NCBI GenBank assembly: GCA_963727775.1
Contig: CAVSHB010000002.1
Span: 288,001-352,000, forward strand
Length of the DNA: 64,000 nucleotides
Direction: 5' to 3'
Origin: an uncultured Nitrospiraceae bacterium
GTDB lineage: Bacteria > Nitrospirota > Thermodesulfovibrionia > Thermodesulfovibrionales > SM23-35
Position 1 is the first letter of the stretch. Each line of letters starts with the position of its first letter. The notes beneath the pieces were generated by a model, which was not told the DNA's origin, made no database searches, and saw only the letters and a program-made list of their open reading frames with translations. Shown piece by piece: positions 10,313 through 18,257 of this stretch. Position numbers and translations under genes: made by a program.

Positions 10313-10584
10313 TCTCTCTTTCCCAGTTCCTTTAGAAGCTCATCAACTTTATATGTCTTAGACCTGCCTTCTCTGAATGTCTTTTCAGCCTTCCTTATCT
10401 TTTCCTGTACCTCCTCAGACCAGAACCACGCCTGTGAGCGGGGAATGTGGATGGAGGGCTCAAGAACGAGCTTTCCTTCCCGTACCTCCAGAATAAGCTG
10501 ATCACCTTCCTTTATGTGAAGTATTTCACACACATCTTTCGGTATGGCTATCTGCCGTTTCGGCGAAACTGTCAGTGTCTTCAT
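10309..10584 (-). CDS. AbrB/MazE/SpoVT-family antitoxin
   Basis: RQIAIPK.V...L.IKEGD.L, C-terminal QAWFWSEE.Q. Confidence 0.85.
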   Translation of the reverse strand: MKTLTVSPKRQIAIPKDVCEILHIKEGDQLILEVREGKLVLEPSIHIPRSQAWFWSEEVQEKIRKAEKTFREGRSKTYKVDELLKELGKRD

Positions 10585-10604
10585 AACTCAATCTCCTTAC
10601 AAAA

Positions 10605-10645
10605 TTTTACTGCTTAGTAAAATAGTAAAATAATTTTACTATTTT
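10605..10645. promoter_or_regulatory. Overlapping palindromic operators upstream of the toxin-antitoxin operon
   Basis: TTTTACT-gctt-AGTAAAA and AAAATAGTAAAA-taa-TTTTACTATTTT, next to a minus-strand TTGACA (tgtcaa 10645-10650). Confidence 0.6.
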
Positions 10646-10760
10646 GTCAACGCTTATTGAAGTCCGTCAGATTCGGGATCAACTTCTGTAACTAATGACG
10701 TACAAAGAACGATAGATATGCATATTTGAAGTAACCGAAAAATTATTTTACGCCCACTAG

Positions 10761-12463
10761 GAGTCTGTCGGACTTGAATTGCTGTTTTTGACAGCGGTTG
10801 GAATCCGAGAGAGTCGATTGTAGTTATTTTTCATGATTTGATCGTCTGTCATCGGTTCTTTCCTGCCGGTGTTTTGTTGGATACATTATGCCATCGCCAT
10901 TTTCAGGCGCCTACCTGGCTGTTCCTCAATGCATGCAGCCTTTTGATGTTCCATGCAATGCAGATCATATCCCACTCGCCATTGACTGCAGTAAAACCAC
11001 GCAACAGGAATCGGTCAAATCCCATAGCTGCCTTGATTACCCCAAACGCCGGCTCCACAGTACTCTTGCGTATCGCATAAATTGCCTTACCGGCAACTGT
11101 CTTCAACCGATGTTTCATTCTTGTCACTGCATCAGCATCAACCGGCAATGGAGGCGGTTCGACGAATCGCTCCCATAAAGGCTGATTATGACTCTGCCGA
11201 TCTACTGCTATATATGGCTCTATTCCTTTGCTCTCACATTCTTGCACATTTGCTTCGCTGTAATACCCGCTGTCGGCTATTATAGTTTTTACTTTGCCAA
11301 GTTGTTCGGGCAGATATGTAAGCGCTTCAAGCGCTGGTTTCATCTGCTGTTTGTCATTGGATTGTTGTGTTACATGCGTTGCGACAATAAGCATTGTTTC
11401 TGTATCCACGGCTGCTTGAGCATTATAAGCCTGCTTGAATCCTCCACCCGATGCCGGCATTATGCGAGATTCTTCATCGGTCAGATTGACCTGATCTTTG
11501 TCAGTTGGCCCGGCTGCAGGCGGCTTGGGTCCTTTGCCTCGGGGTTTCTTGCCGCTCTGCTTTTGTTTGGCTACACGCTCTGCCTGTTTCTTTTCACTGT
11601 CGGCTTGTTCCATTGCATGCCGCTCTGCCGCACGGCGCTCTATCTCAGCTTTTGCTTCAGCTATCATTTTCAGCCGCTTCTCTCGCCGCTCCAGCTCTTC
11701 CGGGATGTTCATGCCGTCAGGAATGTCAGCTTTGTCAGCAGCCTCAGCTTTCTTCATCAGTTCCGCCACTTCCACTTTCAACTTATTCTCTATTTTGCAT
11801 GCATGCCCGTAGCTCAACGCCTTGTGCTTTGAGGCATTGGCTTTCATTTTGGTCCCATCCAAGCTGACCGTGCCTAACTTCAATACCCCGGTTTCTGCTG
11901 CTATCATTAGTATCTGCACAAACAGTTCTTTCAGCTTAGGCAAAAACCGACGTCGAAAGGTTGCTATTGTGTCATGGTCAGGGTGACTGTTGGCTGCCAC
12001 ATACCGGAATGCTACAGAGTCGTACGTGCTACGCTCTAATTGCCTGCTCGAAAAGACTCCCGTCGCATATCCGTAAAATAATAATGCCACCAGCATCTCA
12101 GGGCTGTATGCCTCACTGCCTCGTCCTGCATAATCATTTTTCAACCGGTCAAGATTAAGCTGATCCACTATCTCTACGACAAATCTCGCCAAGTGACCCT
12201 CGGGCAACCATTCCTGCACCGACGGCGGAAATAAATATATCGTCTCTCTGTCACATTGTTTGAACATTATGCTGATCTCCTGTTGTTCATTCTTATGCCG
12301 CTTGTCTATTATGCCATAAGGAACGCCCATGCAGGTCTGTCGGACTTAGATAATTACAGGCCGAAAAGATTTCTGCTGCCCAGTTTGCAATAAAGGTTCT
12401 TAAGAGACTGCCGTGTCCTTCAAGAAGTAAACTTTTCAGAAATGTTGAAAGTCCGACAGACTC
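10761..12463 (-). mobile_element. IS1182-family insertion sequence
   Basis: TIR GAGTCTGTCGGACT (10761-10774) / AGTCCGACAGACTC (12450-12463); CTAG duplicated on both sides. Confidence 0.9.
10903..12267 (-). CDS. IS1182-family DDE transposase
   Basis: PDHDTIATFRRR, DGTKMKANASK, NLTDEESRIM, ADSGY, RKSTVEPAFG; start set at MFKQ. Confidence 0.92.
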   Translation of the reverse strand: MFKQCDRETIYLFPPSVQEWLPEGHLARFVVEIVDQLNLDRLKNDYAGRGSEAYSPEMLVALLFYGYATGVFSSRQLERSTYDSVAFRYVAANSHPDHDTIATFRRRFLPKLKELFVQILMIAAETGVLKLGTVSLDGTKMKANASKHKALSYGHACKIENKLKVEVAELMKKAEAADKADIPDGMNIPEELERREKRLKMIAEAKAEIERRAAERHAMEQADSEKKQAERVAKQKQSGKKPRGKGPKPPAAGPTDKDQVNLTDEESRIMPASGGGFKQAYNAQAAVDTETMLIVATHVTQQSNDKQQMKPALEALTYLPEQLGKVKTIIADSGYYSEANVQECESKGIEPYIAVDRQSHNQPLWERFVEPPPLPVDADAVTRMKHRLKTVAGKAIYAIRKSTVEPAFGVIKAAMGFDRFLLRGFTAVNGEWDMICIAWNIKRLHALRNSQVGA

Positions 12464-12828
12464 CTAGAAAACAAAAACGTTTCTAACACCTTCTACTGGT
12501 TTATTATTGTCAAGAACTTTTTACGGAGTAACTCCCCTCTGATAGAGACAAGCCACTACTAAGGTTTCCTGGCTTCAATGGTTTCTGCTTCGTTCTTTGC
12601 CCCCAGATCCCTTGTCTCATTACGTAATCCATTCTGCATGTTTGAGAGCCAATTCTGAAAAAGCGGCTTCGTAGAAAGCTATAGGATCGATTATCTCAGC
12701 ATGACCCATATTACGGTATCCCCTGGATTCGGCGTTTCTCTTTTTTATGCCTCCTCTTGGCTCCTTTCACTTAACCTTATATCAACCTTCTCACTTCCAT
12801 CTCCATTAGGAGGAAGTCACTTTAGTCT

Positions 12829-12991
12829 TTGGTGTAGCACCTTGCCTGACACTGGTAATTCGAGGGTCTCAACAGAGCCCTGACCTTGCTTAATCGAGAC
12901 TAAGGTGCAAGCGGGGAGTTACAAGCTCCGCATGAAGGTCGGCTCAGCCGCCTTAGGTATCAGGTCGGTAATCTCCCCGCTTACACGCCAA
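12829..12991 (-). ncRNA. Putative bridge/seek RNA with two internal-loop hairpins
   Basis: Enclosing stem TTGGTGTA/TACACGCCAA; hairpin 12909-12982 (target loop) and 12837-12908 (donor loop), each stem-internal loop-hairpin. Confidence 0.7.
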
Positions 12992-13000
12992 TACTATAAG

Positions 13001-14263
13001 TTATGCAGCCTCCTGGTATTGAAGTGAGACTATAGAGAAATCTTTTTTGTATACACTTTGGTCACGCACAACAGCAAATATGATTCCAAGAAGTTTTCTT
13101 GCTACGGCGATCAGCGCCTTGGTCTTAGGCATGCCCCGCTCAAGGTACTTTTGATATTGATCGTGCATTATTCCACCTCTGCGGACTGTGTTGAGCGAGG
13201 CAAAGTACAAAAGTTTACGCAGCAGGTGACGGCCTCGCTTAGATATGCGTCGCTTCCCCTTGTATTGGCCAGAACTGATCTCATAAAGGTCCAGCCCTGC
13301 GAGCTTTAGGATCTCGGAGAGGGTTTGAAACTTCCGAAAATCACCCACTTCACCGATAAGACCGGCAGTGGTAACCTCTTTAATCCCCTTTATCGAGAGG
13401 ATCGAGCCACTGTAGGGAATCTGCTTCAGATAATACCCCATTTCCTTTTCCAGATCCCCGGTAAAGGACTCAGCAGCGTCCATGGCGATAAGAAGTTCTC
13501 TTATCTCACGTATAATGCTCGTCATGCCTTCGGTTACACCTATAGAAGCTGTTGCAGCCTCATAGAGGGCCTTGGCGCGATCTTCCTTCAGCTTTCCGCG
13601 GCTGACCTTATTGATCGTTGCACTCAAATTATCAAGACCGTACGCGACAATATCCTTGGGTGCTGGGCACTGCGCAAGGAGATATCGGGCAGTCAACGTC
13701 TTTACATCCTTCATTACCTGCAAAAACTCAGGAAAGATAATCGCAAGCAAGCTCTGGAGCTGGTTCACCAGGGATACATAACGCTCGTTGCTCCTTTCCC
13801 TGGCCTGAGTGAGCCTCCTGAGTTTGGCCGCTGGACCTTCCGGGATCACTACAGTCAGGGCGTGGCCAAGTGCCATAATATCAGCGATAACCTTTGGGTC
13901 TTTCTGGTCGGTCTTGTTCGGCGAATTACCCTGAAGCTCCTTAAGCCTCTTAGTGTGCATAGGGCTTACTTGTACCATGTGTACGCCTCTCGCACGCATG
14001 AAATGAACAAGAGGTTCGGCATACGGCCCGGTGGACTCGTATCCAAAAACAATATCTTCGATGTTATGGAGCTTTTTGGCATAAGATACACGATCCCAGA
14101 ACTCTTGGAAACCCCTGCCGTTGTTCCAGAAGGCAAAGGGCTTCACATCGCTTCCGTCCGGACAGCGCCAGTATCCAAAATGTCTATCCTTTCCCATATC
14201 AGCTGTCACAATCATCGTTCTACCATTGACTACTTTAAACTTTTTTGTTTTACTCTTCTTCAT
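13001..14263 (-). CDS. IS110-family recombinase/transposase (DEDD RuvC + Tnp20 domain)
   Basis: ADMGKDRH, GYESTG, KTDQKD, IKGI, LAGL....SSG, ISKRG...LR, A.ARKL. Confidence 0.95.
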   Translation of the reverse strand: MKKSKTKKFKVVNGRTMIVTADMGKDRHFGYWRCPDGSDVKPFAFWNNGRGFQEFWDRVSYAKKLHNIEDIVFGYESTGPYAEPLVHFMRARGVHMVQVSPMHTKRLKELQGNSPNKTDQKDPKVIADIMALGHALTVVIPEGPAAKLRRLTQARERSNERYVSLVNQLQSLLAIIFPEFLQVMKDVKTLTARYLLAQCPAPKDIVAYGLDNLSATINKVSRGKLKEDRAKALYEAATASIGVTEGMTSIIREIRELLIAMDAAESFTGDLEKEMGYYLKQIPYSGSILSIKGIKEVTTAGLIGEVGDFRKFQTLSEILKLAGLDLYEISSGQYKGKRRISKRGRHLLRKLLYFASLNTVRRGGIMHDQYQKYLERGMPKTKALIAVARKLLGIIFAVVRDQSVYKKDFSIVSLQYQEAA

Positions 14264-14504
14264 GGCTATACTCCTTTCTTTGGTTTGGATTTAACCAACT
14301 CGCACATTGGTCTGAATCAAGAAAGAGTATAGCCTTCTTTAACAAGGCCTAACTCTACAACAATATAGCAAGCTCCGCAGCCGAAATGTATTGAAATTAT
14401 TGCTGTATACTGGTACAAATATTGAGATCTTAAAAGAACAGTTTTTATAAAAAGGTTTCAGGTGTTGTTTGTCTTACGGAATTGGGGTAAAGATGAGTAG
14501 CATA

Positions 14505-14533
14505 ATATTATTAACCCATTAGGTTAATAATAT
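14505..14533. promoter_or_regulatory. Perfect 12-bp inverted repeat, probable HigA operator
   Basis: ATATTATTAACC-catta-GGTTAATAATAT just upstream of the higB-higA operon. Confidence 0.65.
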
Positions 14534-14552
14534 ATTGAAATTAATTTAATAC

Positions 14553-14891
14553 ACGGTTATACTATTTAAAACGACAAAGCTCGAAAGAGAGTGCAATAAT
14601 AAAAATCTTATGTTGAAAAGATTTGGTGCACTGAGATCAAAATTTTTGAAAAGAAGACTAAATGAACTGCAAGCGGCTGCTTCACTTGATGTTTTACGAT
14701 TTCTACCTCAGGCGCGGTCTCACGAACTGAAGGGAAATAGAAAAGGACAGCTCTCTGTCGATCTTGACCATCCGTACCGGTTGATTTTCGAGCCTGCAAA
14801 TAATCCGGTCGCTAAAAAGCCGGACGGTGGACTTGACTAGAATAAAGTAACAAGTGTGAGGATTATTGGCGTGGAGGACACACATGAGTAA
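14553..14891 (+). pseudogene. higB: HigB-like (RelE-superfamily) toxin, inactivated
   Basis: Frame reads (ACG)VILFKTTKLEREC..HELKGNRKGQLSVDL.HPYRLIFEP..DGGLD*NKVTSVRIIGVEDTHE*; ACG at expected start and TAG (14838) at the expected Trp. Confidence 0.75.
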
Positions 14892-15987
14892 AGAAATAAA
14901 AAGTGAATTTGTACCTGATTATGCGGTGCCTCCGGGAGAGACGCTTCTTGAGACGTTGGAGACAATAGGCATGTCCCAGGCCGAGCTTGCAGAACGCACC
15001 GGTAGGCCCAAGAAGACAATTAATGAAATCGTCAAGGGGAAGGCTGCGATTACTCCTGAAACCGCCTTGCAATTGGAAAGGGTACTCGGAGTGCCCGCAA
15101 GCTTTTGGAATAATCTGGAACGTAATTATCAGGAAACCCTTGCGCGCATTAACGAGCAAAAGAGGCTGCAAAAACAAATTAACTGGCTTGAGAAATTTCC
15201 CATTGCTTTATTTGTCAGGAATGGATGGGTTAAGGGTTATAAAGACAAAATTCAGCAACTTAAGGCAGTCCTGAATTTTTTTGGTGTAGCTTCTCCTGGG
15301 CAATGGACACTGAGATGGCTTGACGCTCAGGTTTCATATCGAAAATCAGCAGTATTCACGAGTGATCCTTATGCCGTGGCCCCATGGCTGCGGATAGGAG
15401 AGCTCATTGCTCAAAAGACTGAATGCAGGCCCTATGCTGCGGCCAAGTTCAGAAACGCGCTCTCTGAAATCAGGAAACTTACAACACAGCCTCCCGAGGT
15501 TTTTCAGCCTGAAATCATTCGCCTTTGCGCCGGATGCGGGGTGGCTGTTGTTTTTGTTCCTGAACTTCCGAAAATAAGGGCATGTGGCGCAACATGGTGG
15601 CTGAATCCCAGCAAGGCGGTGATCCAATTGAGCCTGCGCTATAAAAGCGACGACCAGTTGTGGTTCAGCTTTTTCCATGAAGCGGGACATATACTTATCC
15701 ACGGCAAGAAAGATGTTTTTATTGAGGGTAATAATCAAGGCTCTGATAAGGAAGACGAAGCTGATAGATTTGCTTCTGATATTTTGATTCCACCCAGGAA
15801 ATACAGTCAATTTGTGCACTCAGGAAGATGCAGTAAAGAAGCCATCAAGGATTTTGCCTCTGAACTCAGCATTGCTCCAGGCATTGTTGTGGGACGACTT
15901 CAGCATTTCGGTAAAATACCATATAGCCATTGCAATGATCTGAAACGAAGATTTGAGTGGCAGAATGCTGCGGCAAAAATTAGATAA
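14884..15987 (+). CDS. higA: HigA-family HTH antitoxin fused to ImmA/IrrE metallopeptidase domain
   Basis: PPGETL.E.L..MSQAELAER..INEI.KGK..IT.ETA..LE..LG..A.FW.NL, plus FFHEAGH..EDEADRFA. Confidence 0.9.
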   Translation: MSKEIKSEFVPDYAVPPGETLLETLETIGMSQAELAERTGRPKKTINEIVKGKAAITPETALQLERVLGVPASFWNNLERNYQETLARINEQKRLQKQINWLEKFPIALFVRNGWVKGYKDKIQQLKAVLNFFGVASPGQWTLRWLDAQVSYRKSAVFTSDPYAVAPWLRIGELIAQKTECRPYAAAKFRNALSEIRKLTTQPPEVFQPEIIRLCAGCGVAVVFVPELPKIRACGATWWLNPSKAVIQLSLRYKSDDQLWFSFFHEAGHILIHGKKDVFIEGNNQGSDKEDEADRFASDILIPPRKYSQFVHSGRCSKEAIKDFASELSIAPGIVVGRLQHFGKIPYSHCNDLKRRFEWQNAAAKIR

Positions 15988-16203
15988 ATTAACTACTTTA
16001 GGATGGGACATTCCAGCAGGTGCTTTCAGTACCTAAAAGATTGGGTGGAGAAGAAGATACGGCGGTATCTTATGAGGGCTCGAAAACGCGGAGGCTTTGG
16101 CTGGGACAGGTGGAGTAGAGACTGGTTTTACGGGCATCTTGGGCTTTATGCCGATTATAAGGTGAGGTATTACCGCGGACTCGAAAGCGCTGCCAGCGGA
16201 TAG
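15988..16203 (+). pseudogene. C-terminal (domain X/thumb) fragment of a group II intron reverse transcriptase/maturase
   Basis: NYFRMGHSSRCF..WVEKKIRRYLMRAR.R.GFGW.RWS; RT domain absent. Confidence 0.85.
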
Positions 16204-16438
16204 GCATCATAACCCTTGAGGAGAAGCCAATAGGAAAGCGTAGTGCGGGAAATCCGCACGCTGCGTTTGACGTGGCAGGGAATGGAAAAGTGCCATGGCG
16301 AACCTAAACGGGCACGAAACTGGAAACGGTGGATACAGCCAAGGGGAGACCTACTGTAACTCGCCATTCTTTGACCCTACTGATGAGGGGGAGCTGGAGA
16401 TAGAGCTTACATGCCCCTACGCCAGCTCTCTACTCTAC
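16204..16438 (+). mobile_element. Group II intron 3' remnant: DV, DVI and a second DVI from a host intron
   Basis: DV AAAGCGTAGTGCGGGAAATCCGCACGCTGCGTTT 16235-16268; DVI ends CCCTAC 16380; then TGATGAGGGGGAGCTGG..CCAGCTCTCTACTCTAC to 16438. Confidence 0.85.
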
Positions 16439-16595
16439 AGAAGTGAATCAGGGTTGATCTCGCAATCTTCATTTTTCCGTGCATCAGAGAATCCTATTTA
16501 TTCCATATCCCTGCAATTGTTACCAGATAAACTTAAGAAAGGAAAAGCAAAACTGTTGCGGACTACGAGAAAAAATATCAGTAATTCATTTATGT

Positions 16596-18107
16596 TTATC
16601 TGAAGAGACTTAGCTGGTCTTTCCTCAACTGGGCAAATCCTTCTTCCGGAAAATGGAAAGTGTTCTTAAAAACCCTGTTCATTACAGAGACTAATTGGCG
16701 GAATTTATAGGCGTCATGGTGGGAGTCCCCCGTTCGTTCGGACGAACGCCAGCTTTGTTCGTCGGATATGCGCAATTCTATGCCCAGGGTGTACTGTTGG
16801 GTTTTTTTGCTGACACGGTCTCTTTTCGAATACAGCGGGGTCCCGGGAATCATAATTTCGTTCGTTTCGGCGGTGCGGTGTATCGGCAGAGAAAAGTTAA
16901 TTTTGCACTGAAACTTCTTATGACCTAAGGAAGTATGCGGGTTCTTCGCCGCATTAACACTAAGGGCTTCATAGAATTTCTTCGCATTGGCAAGCAACTC
17001 TTCTTCCACCGGCATTTCATTATTGCCCTCGCTCTGAGCAAGGCTGATCATTAGTCTGCGAACGGCTTCAATCATGCTTTTCGGACCATCGAAGAGTGTC
17101 TGGGTTATGGAATGCGAAGCCGTGTTTTCCTGCAGGATGACACCTCTCTTCTGGAGGGCATGGAAAAGCTTCAGCGTGTCATCGATGCTCTTCAGAATAA
17201 AAGTGATCGCAAGGATGTCCCTTATATCATATGCTTCTGCTTCTACATTCTTTCCTAACTTGGTAAACATGCTTTGCGGGCTCTTTAACCTGGCTTTAAT
17301 CTCGGCAATGTCTACCTCAACACCGTCTCCGCTGTTGAAAATCAGACATGCCTTCTCCTTATCAAATGTCATCGACTCTTTCAGTTTATGGAAAAAAGTG
17401 GAAATCTTGACAAATGCCCTTAGCACGGATTCACGTTCGGGGAGAATTCCGGGATTTTCCCAGTCGTAATAGTACAAGTCATCAAGGCTCTGCCCCTGCA
17501 TTTCCAAAAAAAAGCCCAGCTGGGCGTAATCGTTAATGTCCTGGCTGTCCTCTTCAATTGCCTTAATCAAATGGCCCATTTTGAGAATGGAACAGGCCAC
17601 CTTCTGCCACTCAATGGGAACTTCCATCTTCCTCCCCTTATAACCAAAAAAGATATGCGGATACTTTCTGGAGGAGGCGAGAAGAAAAAGATGCCGGGGG
17701 TCTTCAGAGACTATCTGCCGGAACACTGTATTCTTCAGAAGAGATTCTATTTCTCCGATGGACTGCAAGCAACTCCGGTAAAGACCGGAGTTGGTGGAAT
17801 TCAGAGCATCCAGCCTTTCCAGTTGATCAATCGTGAAGGGGAGCATCCAGTCAAAAAAATACCTGTATACCTGTTCAATATACTTCAGTGCCCGTTCCTT
17901 CTCGCTACCCAGTAATTCATTATTACCGAAGATATCAAAACCCCGGTTGGCCATCATTTTAGTTGCCTGTCCGAGGGCGGTCTCATAATCCCCGGCAGGT
18001 AATAAGAGAAATGGGGTCATCTCGATCCTATCCAGTATAGAACCGAATATTTCGTGATGAAGTTCCTGGCCTGACGATCCGTGTTTCATAAGGAAAATAT
18101 CGTGCAA
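16596..18107 (-). CDS. Uncharacterised protein with RelA/SpoT-like nucleotidyltransferase fold (TIGR04552/TIGR04562-like)
   Basis: ARLKSPQSMFTKL, DIRDILAITFI, NPHTS, ELRI, H..YK motifs in RSH-synthetase order. Confidence 0.6.
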   Translation of the reverse strand: MHDIFLMKHGSSGQELHHEIFGSILDRIEMTPFLLLPAGDYETALGQATKMMANRGFDIFGNNELLGSEKERALKYIEQVYRYFFDWMLPFTIDQLERLDALNSTNSGLYRSCLQSIGEIESLLKNTVFRQIVSEDPRHLFLLASSRKYPHIFFGYKGRKMEVPIEWQKVACSILKMGHLIKAIEEDSQDINDYAQLGFFLEMQGQSLDDLYYYDWENPGILPERESVLRAFVKISTFFHKLKESMTFDKEKACLIFNSGDGVEVDIAEIKARLKSPQSMFTKLGKNVEAEAYDIRDILAITFILKSIDDTLKLFHALQKRGVILQENTASHSITQTLFDGPKSMIEAVRRLMISLAQSEGNNEMPVEEELLANAKKFYEALSVNAAKNPHTSLGHKKFQCKINFSLPIHRTAETNEIMIPGTPLYSKRDRVSKKTQQYTLGIELRISDEQSWRSSERTGDSHHDAYKFRQLVSVMNRVFKNTFHFPEEGFAQLRKDQLSLFR

Positions 18108-18257
18108 TTCACCTGTCCCGGATTGTAATCCAACGGCTCGGCTTTATATTTCTTTTACCTGATTATTATAGCTTATCAAACCTGAATTAAAACTGAAGCG
18201 GTCATACAAGTGGGGATTTTTTCGTATAGCACGAAAGATTTCAAATGCCGTCAGGCC

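Larger units (their letters stand above)
12498..14374 (-). mobile_element. IS110-family element with long 3' non-coding end; 2-bp core CT(+)/AG(-) at 12496-12497 and 14373-14374
   Basis: Joining the ends at the core creates TTGACA-17bp-TATATT upstream of the transposase; RNA loops match both flanks. Confidence 0.8.

Noticed and set aside
13325..14332. 335-aa ORF antisense to the IS110 transposase
   Set aside because: Shadow frame with no recognisable motifs; the same applies to other antisense ORFs such as 4272-5093, 22541-23158 and 36094-36768
12542..14368. Alternative IS110 boundaries at an ATAG direct repeat
   Set aside because: Excludes the TTGACA needed for the junction promoter and does not explain the donor-loop matches; the CT/AG core explains both
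14838..14840. Programmed amber read-through in higB
   Set aside because: The start codon is also mutated and no recoding machinery is visible; pseudogenisation is simpler
16003..16203. Retron, DGR or other RT-based defence system
   Set aside because: Only a maturase tail followed by DV/DVI; no RT catalytic domain or template/variable repeats
16295..16603. 102-aa ORF
   Set aside because: Runs through intron DVI structures; not protein-like
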